Assembly: GCA_002421825.1 (NCBI GenBank)
Contig: DISR01000041.1
Coordinates: 29,108-93,107 of the forward strand
Direction: 5' to 3'
Origin: Thiobacillus sp. UBA6205
GTDB taxonomy: Bacteria > Pseudomonadota > Gammaproteobacteria > Burkholderiales > Thiobacillaceae
DNA length: 64,000 nt
In this document: positions 12,507 through 22,467 of the stretch, one piece after another
Numbering within the stretch: position 1 is the stretch's first letter
How the letters are laid out: every line of letters starts with the position of its first letter
The notes under the pieces: generated by a model
What the model saw: only the letters and a program-made list of their open reading frames with translations
Database searches by the model: none
Told to the model about the DNA's origin: nothing
Position numbers and translations under genes: made by a program

Positions 12507-13463
12507 ATGCCAATGCCCGCCAACACGGCCACATTTCCGCCCGCCGTCTTCCTCATGGGGCCAACCGCCAGCGGCAAGACCGGCGTGGCGGTGGAGCTGT
12601 TGCAGCGCCTGCCGCTGGAAATCGTCAGCGTGGATTCGGCATTGGTGTATCGCGGCATGGACATCGGCACGGCCAAGCCGGATGCGGCCACCTTGCGCAT
12701 CGCGCCGCACCATCTCATCGACCTGATCGATCCGACCGAGGCCTATTCCGCAGCGAAGTTCAGGGAAGACGCGCTGCGGGTGATGGCAGAAATCACCGCG
12801 CGCGGCCATGCGCCGCTGCTGGTGGGCGGCAGCATGCTGTATTTCAAGGCGCTGTGGCAAGGCTTGTCGGAACTGCCGCAGGCCGATGCGGCGCTGCGCG
12901 AGGAAATCGAGCGCGATGCGGACATGCGCGGCTGGCCGGCCCTGCATGAAGAGTTGGCGAGACAGGACCCGGAAACCGCCGCGCGGCTGAAACTCACCGA
13001 CGCGCAGCGCATCCAGCGCGCGCTGGAAGTGGTGCGCCTGACCGGCAGGCCGATGTCGCAAGTATTGCGAGCAAGCCGCAGCGAGGCGCTGCCTTACCGC
13101 GTGCTGCCGCTGGCGCTGGTGCCGTCGGATCGGTCCGTGTTGCACGAACGCATCGCCGAGCGCTTCGCCGTCATGCTGGGGGCGGGGCTGGTGGAGGAAC
13201 TGGTCGCGCTGCGCAAGCAATACCCCCTCAAGCCCGGCCTGCCGTCCATGCGCTGCGTGGGCTATCGCCAGGCGTGGCAATACCTGGAAGGCGAATACGA
13301 CAAGAATGAATTGTTGAACCGCGGCATCTACGCCACGCGCCAGCTGGCCAAGCGTCAGCTGACCTGGCTGCGCGGCATGGAGGTGGAGACGTTCGACTGC
13401 CTGGCGGAGAATCTCGCGGCGCAGGTGGAGGAGAGGGTGAGGGGGTTTTTGGGGGAGGGGTGA
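12507..13463 (+). CDS. miaA: tRNA dimethylallyltransferase
   Basis: [38 protein letters not shown]. Start is 12507 or 12513. Confidence 0.96.
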   Translation: MPMPANTATFPPAVFLMGPTASGKTGVAVELLQRLPLEIVSVDSALVYRGMDIGTAKPDAATLRIAPHHLIDLIDPTEAYSAAKFREDALRVMAEITARGHAPLLVGGSMLYFKALWQGLSELPQADAALREEIERDADMRGWPALHEELARQDPETAARLKLTDAQRIQRALEVVRLTGRPMSQVLRASRSEALPYRVLPLALVPSDRSVLHERIAERFAVMLGAGLVEELVALRKQYPLKPGLPSMRCVGYRQAWQYLEGEYDKNELLNRGIYATRQLAKRQLTWLRGMEVETFDCLAENLAAQVEERVRGFLGEG

Positions 13464-13499
13464 AGCTTTTGGTAAAGCTCGCCATTTCCTCTGCTTAGA

Positions 13500-13770
13500 C
13501 TCCGGCGGCCGGGGGTTGCCCGGCGGCAAGTTACTTTCTTTGCTCCGCCAAAGAAAGTAACCAAAGAAAGGCGGCCCCGCTGTGCTGCCCCTTCGGGGTA
13601 AACCTCGGTCGGTGACTTGAATTGGGCGGCTCGCAAACTCGCACGATCCGCCCGGGAAAAACGCCCGGGCGGCCACGTGCTCAGACACGCTCGCCTCAAC
13701 TTCCCCCAATTCAAGCCCCCGCCCGAGGCAGCCCAGAGGGGGGGGAACACCGGGGACTCGGCGAGGGGCG
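13500..13770. repeat. Structured intergenic repeat (MITE/REP-like) with AT-rich hairpin
   Basis: Perfect hairpin GTTACTTTCTTTG-N6-CAAAGAAAGTAAC (13530-13561) plus several GC hairpins; boundaries approximate. Confidence 0.65.
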
Positions 13771-13778
13771 GGTTTTTT

Positions 13779-13869
13779 CGTCACTGCGAGCCCCGAAGGG
13801 GCGCGGCAGTCCAGTCAAATGTGGCTAAGCCTTCTTAAACTGGATTGCCGCGCTGCGCTCGCAATGACG
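13779..13869. repeat. Palindromic element, CGTCAYYGCGAG...CTCGCRATGACG family, copy 1
   Basis: Complementary ends CGTCACTGCGAGC / GCTCGCAATGACG and inner TCCAG/CTGGA arms. Confidence 0.8.
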
Positions 13870-13904
13870 GTGGTGAAGGGTGCATATTTTGGGGGTGGCT
13901 TTTG

Positions 13905-14130
13905 AAGTTTCCCCGTCTTTGCCGCCGCAGCCTGGAGCTTGCGGGCGGAACAACGCGGTGCAGCATGTCTGAGCCCCGCTCACTTCTGCGATCAAACAAA
14001 AGCGGGGCGAGTGCAAGATTGATTTGGCGCTTTGCGCGTGCCGCCCGCCCGCAAGCTTCAGGCTAAGGGAAGCCGAAGGCCGGCATAGCCGGGGCAACCC
14101 CCGGCGACTTTTGTCGGCCTGCCCGGACAT
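13905..14130. repeat. Diverged inverted relative of the 13500-13770 element
   Basis: GCCGGGGCAACCCCCGGC is near-complementary to GCCGGGGGTTGCCCGGC, and TGTCTGAGC to GCTCAGACA. Confidence 0.55.
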
Positions 14131-14157
14131 TTAGCTGGTTACACCGATGGCTAGGGA

Positions 14158-14535
14158 TCAGAACGGCACCGCCTGCTTGCTGACCGCCACCATCGCGATA
14201 TAGCCAAACACCGCCAGCGCGCCGACGAAGGCCATGTTCCTTTGCAGGGCGGTCTTGCCACGCTTGATGGCGATGGTGCCGAGCACGATGTACACCAGCA
14301 GGCCGATGATCTTGGCCATGATCCAGCCGTGCTCGAGCGGGTTGAGGCTGGCCACCACCAGCATGCCGATGGCGGCGAGCAGCAGCAGGGTGTCGTTGAC
14401 GTGCGGCACGATCTTCACCCACTTCTTGGCGTTCATGGGCGAGTCCATCATGCGCCAGGCACCGCGCAGGATGAACAGTGCGATCGAGATGACGACGGTG
14501 AGGCGGTGGAGGGAGAGCAGGGCGGCGTAGTCCAT
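14158..14535 (-). CDS. SirB2 family membrane protein
   Basis: KIVPHVNDTLLL, WIMAKIIGLLVYIVLG motifs. Confidence 0.88.
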   Translation of the reverse strand: MDYAALLSLHRLTVVISIALFILRGAWRMMDSPMNAKKWVKIVPHVNDTLLLLAAIGMLVVASLNPLEHGWIMAKIIGLLVYIVLGTIAIKRGKTALQRNMAFVGALAVFGYIAMVAVSKQAVPF

Positions 14536-15876
14536 TCATTCTTCCTTCTTGGTGACGCGGGCTTTTGCGCTGCCGTGATGAAAGCGCAGGTTCAGGGTTT
14601 CGTCCAGTTCGATCTGCGCGCTGCTGCGCACGACTTCGCCCTGGGCGTTGCGCACCATGCTGTAGCCGCGCGCCAGCACGGCTTCGGGGTTGAGGTGGGC
14701 AAGGTGCGAAGCCATGCGCTCGACTTCGGCGCGGCGGTTTTGCAGTTGCTGGTGCAGGGCGCGGCTCAGGCTGGATTTGAGTTGTTTCAATTCCGGCTGC
14801 ATGCCTCGAGGCTGCGGGCGCGCGGCAGCGAGCCGCCTGGCCAGCGCGTCGAACTGCCAGCGGTTGCGTGCGAAGCTTTGCGCATGTGCCAGGCCCAGGC
14901 GTTTGCCCAGATGCATCAGCTTGTCGCGCTGGGCCTGCAGGCGCTGGGCCGGGTGCACCAGGCGGCGCGCGACCATGTCCACTTGTTGCGCGCGGTTGGC
15001 CAGCTGGCGGTGCAGCGGGCGCGCCATGCGGTGCTGCAGGGCGGTCAGGCGCTGCATCCATTCCTCGCGGCTGGCCGACACCTGTTCCGCGGCGGCGGTG
15101 GGGGTGGGCGCGCGCAGGTCGGCGACGAAGTCGGCGATGGTGAAGTCGGTTTCGTGGCCCACGCCGGAAATCACCGGCATCGGACTCGCGGCGATGGCGC
15201 GCGCCACGGCCTCGTCGTTGAAGGCCCACAGGTCCTCGATGCTGCCGCCGCCGCGGCAGACGATGAGCACGTCGCACTCGCCGCGCTCGCCGGCGGCCTG
15301 GATGGCGGCGGCGATCTTCTTGCCGGCGCCTTCGCCCTGCACCGGGCTGGGGTAGAGCACGACCGGCAGCCAGGGCGCGCGCCGGCGCAGGGTGGTGAGC
15401 ACGTCGCGCAAGGCGGCGGCCTCGGTGGAGGTGACGATGCCCAGGCGCCTGGGAAACGCGGGCAGGGCGCGCTTGCGCGCGGCCTCGAACAGGCCTTCCT
15501 GGGAAAGTTTTTGTTTCAGCCTTTCAAAAGCTTCGAACAGCGCGCCCAGCCCGGCGCGGCGCATGAGCTCGACCTGCAGCTGGAACTCGCCGCGCGCTTC
15601 GTACACCGTGGGCACGGCGCGCACTTCCACCTGGTCGCCGTTGGCCGGCAGCCAGTCGACGAACTGGTTGCGGCCGCGGAACATGGCGCAGCGCACCTGG
15701 GCGCGGTCGTCCTTGAGGCTGAAGTACCAGTGGCCGGAGGCGGCGCGCGTGAGATTGGAGATTTCACCGGCCACCCAGACCAGCGGCAGGGCGTTTTCCA
15801 CGGCCGAGCGCGCCAGGCTGTTGAGCGCGGAGACCGTCAGAACCGGGCTTGAGGCGGGGGTAATGGGTGTTGACAC
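14536..15876 (-). CDS. xseA: Exodeoxyribonuclease VII large subunit
   Basis: [42 protein letters not shown]. Confidence 0.97.
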   Translation of the reverse strand: MSTPITPASSPVLTVSALNSLARSAVENALPLVWVAGEISNLTRAASGHWYFSLKDDRAQVRCAMFRGRNQFVDWLPANGDQVEVRAVPTVYEARGEFQLQVELMRRAGLGALFEAFERLKQKLSQEGLFEAARKRALPAFPRRLGIVTSTEAAALRDVLTTLRRRAPWLPVVLYPSPVQGEGAGKKIAAAIQAAGERGECDVLIVCRGGGSIEDLWAFNDEAVARAIAASPMPVISGVGHETDFTIADFVADLRAPTPTAAAEQVSASREEWMQRLTALQHRMARPLHRQLANRAQQVDMVARRLVHPAQRLQAQRDKLMHLGKRLGLAHAQSFARNRWQFDALARRLAAARPQPRGMQPELKQLKSSLSRALHQQLQNRRAEVERMASHLAHLNPEAVLARGYSMVRNAQGEVVRSSAQIELDETLNLRFHHGSAKARVTKKEE

Positions 15877-16047
15877 GCTCTAATCCGTCCACTGGCTGGG
15901 GAAAACTGCATGACCATTCATTGAATCCCTTGCAAATAAAGGGTGTTTTTGTAAGCCTATGTTTTTAAATGATAAAAGAATGCTTCATGAATAAGCGGTG
16001 ACAGAAATTTCTTTTGAAACAGCATAGTTAGCGGAATTGCAGAGGGC

Positions 16048-16082
16048 TTTTGCACAGTTTTATCCACAGAAATTGTGGAGAA
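16048..16082. promoter_or_regulatory. Cluster of three DnaA-box-like 9-mers in AT-rich intergenic region
   Basis: TTTTGCACA (16048), TTATCCACA (16060), TGTGGAGAA (16074, reverse, one mismatch to TTWTNCACA). Confidence 0.6.
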
Positions 16083-16362
16083 GTTTCATTAAGACATTCG
16101 TGCTTCTGGCATGGGCGTGTTTGCTCGGCATCACGCAGGGAAAACAATTTCCTGTGCGGCGCTCCAGCAAGTTCCTGTTTGCATCTCGTTTTGGTCTTGT
16201 TCGTTACGAAGCGCCGGCTCGTTATTGTTTGCAGGGGACGAGATGCTGTCTGCCTGCCTGCAGTTTTGAGCATGGTGCGATTATTCCAATTTTTGTGCGC
16301 GCTTGTCGAATCGAAGTGCGCAAGCTAAAGTCGCGTTGTTTGTTCTTGAATGGAGTGTACGC

Positions 16363-16968
16363 GTGTTAGCCATCATCGAGGCGGCCGGCTGGCCGATCTG
16401 GCCACTGATCCTGGCATCCGTTCTGGCGCTGGCCATCATCATCGAGCGATTCTATTCACTGCGCGCATCCCAGATCTCACCTCCCACATTGCTGCCCAGC
16501 GTCATCAAGCAATTGCGCGAGCATGGCGTGAGCGAGGACATGCTGGCCAAGCTTGCGGCGGATTCCCCTCTGGGGCAGATACTCGCAGCCGGCCTGCGCA
16601 ACGTGAAAAGCACGCGTGAAGTGATGAAGGAGGCCATCGAGGAGGCCGGGCGTGCGGTGGTGCATGACCTGGAGCGTTTCCTGACCTCGCTCGGGACGAT
16701 TGCGGCAATCGCGCCGCTTTTGGGACTGCTTGGCACCGTGGTGGGCATGATCGAGATATTCGGTTCGCAGACGCCCACCGGCAGCGATCCAGCGAAGCTG
16801 GCCTACGGCATTTCCGTGGCGCTCTATAACACTGCCTTCGGCCTGATCGTTGCGATTCCGGCCATGATCTTCTACCGTTTCTTTCGCACCCGCGTGGACA
16901 GCCTGGCGGTGGACATGGAACAGCAGGCCATCAAGCTGGTGGAAACCGTTCACGGGGAACGCCGTTGA
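16363..16968 (+). CDS. exbB: MotA/TolQ/ExbB proton channel family protein
   Basis: GTG after GGAG; LGTIAAIAPLLGLLGTVVGMI, GISVALYNTAFGL. Confidence 0.9.
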   Translation: MLAIIEAAGWPIWPLILASVLALAIIIERFYSLRASQISPPTLLPSVIKQLREHGVSEDMLAKLAADSPLGQILAAGLRNVKSTREVMKEAIEEAGRAVVHDLERFLTSLGTIAAIAPLLGLLGTVVGMIEIFGSQTPTGSDPAKLAYGISVALYNTAFGLIVAIPAMIFYRFFRTRVDSLAVDMEQQAIKLVETVHGERR

Positions 16969-17384
16969 ACTTCAAGCGCGGCTACCATCGCGAGGCGCCC
17001 GAGATCAACCTGATCCCGCTGATCGACGTGCTCCTGGTGATCCTGATTTTCCTCATGGTCACCACCACCTACGCGCGCTATTCCGAACTCAAGATCAACC
17101 TGCCCACCGCGGCCGGCGAAGCCAGCCCGAAAAAGCCGCAGACCATCCAGGTGGCGGTGGATGCGCTGGGCCACTACCAGGTCAACGAGAAGAACGTCGC
17201 CTCCAGCACCGAGGCCCTGAGTGTCGCGATGGCCGGCATCGCCAAGGGCAACAGCGAGATGGTGGTGGTGATCAACGCCGATTCCAAGGCCACGCACCAA
17301 TCAGTGATCAACATCATGGAAGCCGCGCGTCGCACCGGGCTGGCGCGGATCACCTTTGCCACGCAGAGCAGCGACGATCGATAG
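16965..17384 (+). CDS. exbD: Biopolymer transport protein ExbD/TolR
   Basis: EINLIPLIDVLLVILIFLM, VVINADSKATHQ. Confidence 0.9.
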   Translation: MNFKRGYHREAPEINLIPLIDVLLVILIFLMVTTTYARYSELKINLPTAAGEASPKKPQTIQVAVDALGHYQVNEKNVASSTEALSVAMAGIAKGNSEMVVVINADSKATHQSVINIMEAARRTGLARITFATQSSDDR

Positions 17385-17400
17385 TCGCTGCGGAATCCGG

Positions 17401-17529
17401 CGTCATCGCGAGCGCAGCGCGGCAACAACGCGGCAATCCAGGTTTTTAAAGGGGCGAGATGCAAGATTCAAGGGGATTTGCTGAGCCTTGTTTGACTGGA
17501 TCGCCACGGCCTGCGGCCTCGCGATGACG
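17401..17529. repeat. Palindromic element, CGTCAYYGCGAG family, copy 2
   Basis: Ends CGTCATCGCGAG / CTCGCGATGACG; right arm is the reverse complement (44 bp, 1 mismatch) of the left arm of the copy at 32344. Confidence 0.8.
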
Positions 17530-17554
17530 ACTATTGCCCAACGAGCTCTGCTAG

Positions 17555-18583
17555 ATGCCTTCCTTTAACGCCCAGGCCTTCTGGTCCCGCAAGGGGCCGC
17601 TCAACTTCCTCCTGCTTCCCCTGTCCCTGCTGTTCGGCTTCGTCGCCATGCTGCGACGCTGGCTCTTCCGTTTCGGCCTGCTGCCGTCGGGCCATCCTGG
17701 TGTGCCGGTGGTCGTCGTCGGCAACCTGTCCGCCGGCGGCAGCGGCAAGACCCCCTTTGTCATCTGGCTGGTGCGGTGGCTGCAGGCGCAGGGCCGCAAG
17801 CCCGGGGTGGTGAGCCGCGGCTACGGCCGCGATGGCAGCGGTTTGCGCGAGGTGGGGGCGGGCAGCCTGGCAGCGGAGGTCGGCGACGAACCGCTGCTGA
17901 TTCATGCCAGGACCGGGGCGCCGGTAGTGGTGGGCGCCGATCGCTTGGCCGCTGCACGCCTGCTGCGCGAGCGTCATCCCGAGGTGGACCTCATCGTTTC
18001 CGACGACGGTCTGCAGCATTATCGCCTGCGCCGCGACATTGAGCTGGTGCTGGCCGACGCCGCCGCGCCGTTCGGCAACGGCTGGCTGCTGCCGGCCGGT
18101 CCGCTGCGCGAGCCGCGCACAAGACTGCGCAGGGCCGATGCCCTCGTACTCACGCGCCGGAACGGCGATGCCGCTGCCGTTTCTGCGCCGGTGCCGGTGT
18201 TCAGCGTGCGGCACGGGCCGTCCGGCTTCCGCAGGCTGGTTGACAATTCGCGCCATGCGTCGCTGCCCGACACGGGCGGCGGCGAAATACAGGCGGTCAC
18301 CGGCATCGCGCATCCCCAGGCTTTCTTTTCCCTGCTCTCGAGGCTGGGCGTGCCGCACGAGCCGCACGCCTTCCCCGACCATCACCGCTTCACTGCAGCC
18401 GATATCGCACGCGATGCCGCCGTGGTGATGACGGAAAAGGACGCGGTAAAATGCCAGGCGTTTGCCGGCCCTGACTGGTGGGCGCTGGTGCTTGAAGTGA
18501 CACCCGAACCGCCTTTGTCGGACTGGCTGAAAAGCCGGCTGAGTCAGGTCGATTTAACCCAGGCGCCAACGGCGCCTTTCTGA
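17555..18583 (+). CDS. lpxK: Tetraacyldisaccharide 4'-kinase
   Basis: [43 protein letters not shown]. Confidence 0.95.
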   Translation: MPSFNAQAFWSRKGPLNFLLLPLSLLFGFVAMLRRWLFRFGLLPSGHPGVPVVVVGNLSAGGSGKTPFVIWLVRWLQAQGRKPGVVSRGYGRDGSGLREVGAGSLAAEVGDEPLLIHARTGAPVVVGADRLAAARLLRERHPEVDLIVSDDGLQHYRLRRDIELVLADAAAPFGNGWLLPAGPLREPRTRLRRADALVLTRRNGDAAAVSAPVPVFSVRHGPSGFRRLVDNSRHASLPDTGGGEIQAVTGIAHPQAFFSLLSRLGVPHEPHAFPDHHRFTAADIARDAAVVMTEKDAVKCQAFAGPDWWALVLEVTPEPPLSDWLKSRLSQVDLTQAPTAPF

Positions 18584-18594
18584 AAGTCATTGCT

Positions 18595-18777
18595 ATGAAC
18601 AAGGTGCTCGAGATTCTGGTTTGCCCGGTATGCAAGGGGCCGCTGGTGCTGCAGCGCGAGCGCTCCGAACTGGTGTGCTCGCCCTGTCGCCTGGCCTATC
18701 CCATTCGCGACGGTATTCCGGTGATGCTGCCGGAAGAGGCGCGCGCGCTCGGCGCGCAAGAAGACGTGCGCAAGTGA
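18595..18777 (+). CDS. ycaR: Trm112 family protein (YcaR)
   Basis: [13 protein letters not shown]...[11 protein letters not shown] in the usual lpxK-kdsB position. Confidence 0.92.
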   Translation: MNKVLEILVCPVCKGPLVLQRERSELVCSPCRLAYPIRDGIPVMLPEEARALGAQEDVRK

Positions 18778-19535
18778 AATTCCGCGTCGTCATTCCCGCG
18801 CGACACGCTTCGTCGCGCCTGCCGGGCAAGCCCCTTGCCGACATCGGCGGCAAGCCGATGGTGGTGCGGGTGGCCGAGCGCGCGGCGGAGGCTGGCGCGG
18901 AGGAAGCCATCGTCGCGACCGACGACCAGCGCGTGCTCGATGCGGTGAGGGCGGCGGGCCACCGCGCCCTGATGACTTCCGTGCAGCACGCCTCCGGCAC
19001 GGACCGCCTGGCCGAGGTCGCCGAGATGCTGGATTGCGCGGACGACGACATCATCGTCAACGTGCAGGGTGACGAACCCCTGATCGAGCCCGCGCTCATA
19101 CGCGAATGTGCGCTGTGCCTGGGCTCGCACGAGGCGGCGGCGATTGCCACCCTGGCGCATCCGCTGTTCAGCACTGATGAGTTCCGCAACCCCAATGTGG
19201 TGAAGGTGGTGACGGACCGGCAAGGGTACGCCCTGTATTTCTCGCGAGCCATGATTCCCTGGCCGCGCGACGCCTTCGCCGCCGCCGCGCCGGACCCGTC
19301 GTTTCCCGAAGGCCTGCCGGTGCTGCGGCATATCGGCCTGTATGCCTATCGCGCGAGCTTCCTGCGCGAGTTCGCCGGCCTCGCCCCGGCTCCGCTCGAG
19401 CGCTTCGAGATGCTGGAGCAGCTGCGCGCGCTGTGGCACGGCTACCGAATTGCGGTGGCGGTCACCCCCGAGGCGCCGGGCGCCGGCGTGGACACGCCCG
19501 AGGACCTGGAGCGGGTGCGTGCGTTGTTCCGGTAA
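18774..19535 (+). CDS. kdsB: 3-deoxy-manno-octulosonate cytidylyltransferase
   Basis: [30 protein letters not shown]; GTG start overlaps the ycaR stop. Confidence 0.96.
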   Translation: MKFRVVIPARHASSRLPGKPLADIGGKPMVVRVAERAAEAGAEEAIVATDDQRVLDAVRAAGHRALMTSVQHASGTDRLAEVAEMLDCADDDIIVNVQGDEPLIEPALIRECALCLGSHEAAAIATLAHPLFSTDEFRNPNVVKVVTDRQGYALYFSRAMIPWPRDAFAAAAPDPSFPEGLPVLRHIGLYAYRASFLREFAGLAPAPLERFEMLEQLRALWHGYRIAVAVTPEAPGAGVDTPEDLERVRALFR

Positions 19536-19548
19536 TCGGCAGTGATTT

Positions 19549-19624
19549 ACCGCGGAGTTCGCAGAGTTCGCGGAGCAATGCAATAAATAAGGTTTTCCCC
19601 CGCGTTCTCCGCGAACTCCGCGGT
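19549..19624. repeat. Inverted repeat with 9-nt internal periodicity
   Basis: ACCGCGGAGTTCGCAGAGTTCGCGGAG ... CCCCGCGTTCTCCGCGAACTCCGCGGT around an AT-rich loop. Confidence 0.7.
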
Positions 19625-19727
19625 CAACATCTTGGGCCGTGTCGCGCGGCTGCCTGTATGCCTTTATCCACCCCGGTTATCCGGTAATAAAAAAATTTGA
19701 GTTCGACCCCGGGCCCGCATGAAATAA

Positions 19728-20429
<702 letters not shown>

Positions 20430-20460
20430 CCAGCAGCGTGATTGAAGTCAAAGCAGTCAG

Positions 20461-20820
20461 ATGAGCGGCACGATTCCGGATTTTACCGACTCCGAACGCT
20501 GGGTGGTTGCCAGTGCACTGAAGGAGCGCTACGGCAAGGACATCGAGACTCAGGATGTGGAGACCGAAATCCGCCTGTTTCCGGACGACCGTGAACTGTC
20601 AATTTGTCCGGGCATTTACTGGGAAGACAGTGAGAGCTGCCATTTTATCGTGTCGAAGACCGGCGAATCGCGCTACCGCTGCATGTTCTTCTATCGGGTG
20701 CTGCGCCGCTACGGCACCGGCAAGGAGGAGTACGACAACCTTGGCGATTGCATCATCAGCCTGCTGCGTGTGCAAGCCGACCATGCCTCCGCCGGCGAGG
20801 GCAAGGATGCACCGTATTGA
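20461..20820 (+). CDS. Hypothetical protein
   Basis: Fills the adk-pfp gap on the same strand; protein-like composition. Confidence 0.75.
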   Translation: MSGTIPDFTDSERWVVASALKERYGKDIETQDVETEIRLFPDDRELSICPGIYWEDSESCHFIVSKTGESRYRCMFFYRVLRRYGTGKEEYDNLGDCIISLLRVQADHASAGEGKDAPY

Positions 20821-20875
20821 ATAATGTTTGCGCCAGGCACTGCCTGGCGTTTTGATTGGACAGGAGACTATAAAC

Positions 20876-22135
20876 ATGGCGAAGAAGATGAACGCCTTTT
20901 ACGCACAATCCGGCGGCGTGACCGCCGTCATCAACGCTTCTGCCTGCGGTGTGATCGAGACCGCGCGCAAGCACAAGGACAAGATCGGCAAGGTCTACGC
21001 CGGCCGCAACGGCATCATCGGCGCGCTGACCGAAGACCTCATCGACACCAGCAAGGAATCGGCCACAGCCATTGCCGCGCTGCGTTCCACCCCGTCGGGC
21101 GCATTCGGCTCCTGCCGCTTCAAGCTGAAATCGCTGGAAGCCAACAAGCGCGAGTACGAACGCCTGATCGAGGTGTTCAAGGCGCACAACATCGGCTACT
21201 TCTTCTACAACGGCGGCGGCGACTCCGCCGACACCTGCTTCAAGGTCTCGCAGCTGTCCGAGGCGATGGGCTATCCCATCCAGGCCATCCACGTGCCGAA
21301 GACCGTCGACAACGATCTTCCCATCACCGACTGCTGCCCCGGCTTCGGCTCGGTCGCCAAGTACATCGCGGTGTCTACGCTGGAAGCCAGCTTCGACGTG
21401 CGCTCGATGGCCAAGACCTCGACCAAGGTGTTCGTCATCGAAGTGATGGGGCGCCACGCGGGCTGGATCGCGGCTGCCGGCGGCCTGGTCGAGGACCAGG
21501 GCATTCCGGTCGTCATCCTGTTCCCGGAAATCGAGTTCGACCAGAAGAAATTCCTCGCCCGTATCGACAAGAAGGTCAAGGAATTCGGCTACTGCACCGT
21601 GGTCGTCTCGGAAGGCTGCCACTATCCAGACGGCCGCTTCCTCGCCGAGCAGGGCACGCGTGACGCCTTCGGCCATGCCCAGCTCGGCGGCGCCGCGCCG
21701 GTGGTCGCCAACATGATCAAGGACGCGCTCGGCCACAAGTTCCACTGGGCCGTCGCCGACTACCTGCAGCGCGCCGGACGCCACATCGCTTCCAAGACCG
21801 ACGTCAAGCAGGCGTATGAACTGGGCAAGAAAGCCGTCGAGCTGGCGATCAAGGGGCACAACTCGGTGATGCCGACGGTCGACCGCCTCTCCGACAGCCC
21901 CTACAAGTACAAGATCGGCATGGCGCCGCTGTCCAAGGTCGCCAACGTCGAGAAATTCATGCCGCGCGATTTCATCACGAAGGACGGCTTTGGCATCACC
22001 GAGAAGTGCAAGCGCTATCTCACGCCGCTGATCCAGGGTGAGGACTATCCCAAGTACGGCAAGGATGGTCTGCCGGTGTACGTGACGCTGAAGAACGTGG
22101 CGGTGGCGAAGAAGCTGCCTGAGTTTAAACTCTGA
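20876..22135 (+). CDS. pfp: Pyrophosphate-dependent 6-phosphofructokinase
   Basis: QSGGVTAVIN, NGGGDS (Asp at the E. coli Gly104 position), PKTVDND (Lys at the Gly124 position), MGRHAGW; AGGAGA RBS. Confidence 0.88.
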   Translation: MAKKMNAFYAQSGGVTAVINASACGVIETARKHKDKIGKVYAGRNGIIGALTEDLIDTSKESATAIAALRSTPSGAFGSCRFKLKSLEANKREYERLIEVFKAHNIGYFFYNGGGDSADTCFKVSQLSEAMGYPIQAIHVPKTVDNDLPITDCCPGFGSVAKYIAVSTLEASFDVRSMAKTSTKVFVIEVMGRHAGWIAAAGGLVEDQGIPVVILFPEIEFDQKKFLARIDKKVKEFGYCTVVVSEGCHYPDGRFLAEQGTRDAFGHAQLGGAAPVVANMIKDALGHKFHWAVADYLQRAGRHIASKTDVKQAYELGKKAVELAIKGHNSVMPTVDRLSDSPYKYKIGMAPLSKVANVEKFMPRDFITKDGFGITEKCKRYLTPLIQGEDYPKYGKDGLPVYVTLKNVAVAKKLPEFKL

Positions 22136-22194
22136 ACGGCGTGAGGCGGAGGGCCGCATGAATTTGCGCCTCACTCCTAACCCCTCACGAATTT

Positions 22195-22407
22195 ATGACC
22201 ATTGACCGGGCAAGACAGCTGTTGAAGGTGCAGGCGGATTTCGGCGGGTTCTACAACGCCAATTCCGCCAAGCTGATCTTGTCCGAAGTACAAAAAGAGC
22301 ACGGGCAGGCTGCTGTTGACAGCCTGATCCGCGAACTCGACTTGCAGCATGTTTTTGGTTTCGAGCCGGGCGCCCATTTCGAAGGCGGTCTGGTGATCGG
22401 GAGGTAA
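22195..22407 (+). CDS. Small hypothetical protein
   Basis: 70-aa ORF co-oriented between pfp and hppA. Confidence 0.65.
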   Translation: MTIDRARQLLKVQADFGGFYNANSAKLILSEVQKEHGQAAVDSLIRELDLQHVFGFEPGAHFEGGLVIGR

Positions 22408-22467
22408 AGGCGACGACAGTCTGACTGTTGTCTTTTCTTTGTTTTATCAGAGAGAAGGGGAATTACG

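Noticed and set aside
12046-12534. N-terminal extension of the 1148-aa ORF and the 73-aa ORF at 12116-12337
   Set aside because: Extension is low-complexity Arg/Pro/Ser text upstream of a good RBS and signal peptide and overlaps miaA; the small ORF lacks supporting motifs, though it cannot be fully excluded.
12363-14130. ORFs 12363-13784, 13355-13750 and 13825-14130
   Set aside because: Translations of palindromic repeats (e.g. PFFGYFLWRSKES, RHCERSAAI) and miaA antisense.
15880-16360. Definite oriC call
   Set aside because: Only three boxes, no dnaA/gidA/parAB context, and GC skew cannot be evaluated here; kept only as a DnaA-box cluster.
19664-19672. TTATCCACC DnaA-like box upstream of adk
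   Set aside because: Single mismatched site with no cluster.
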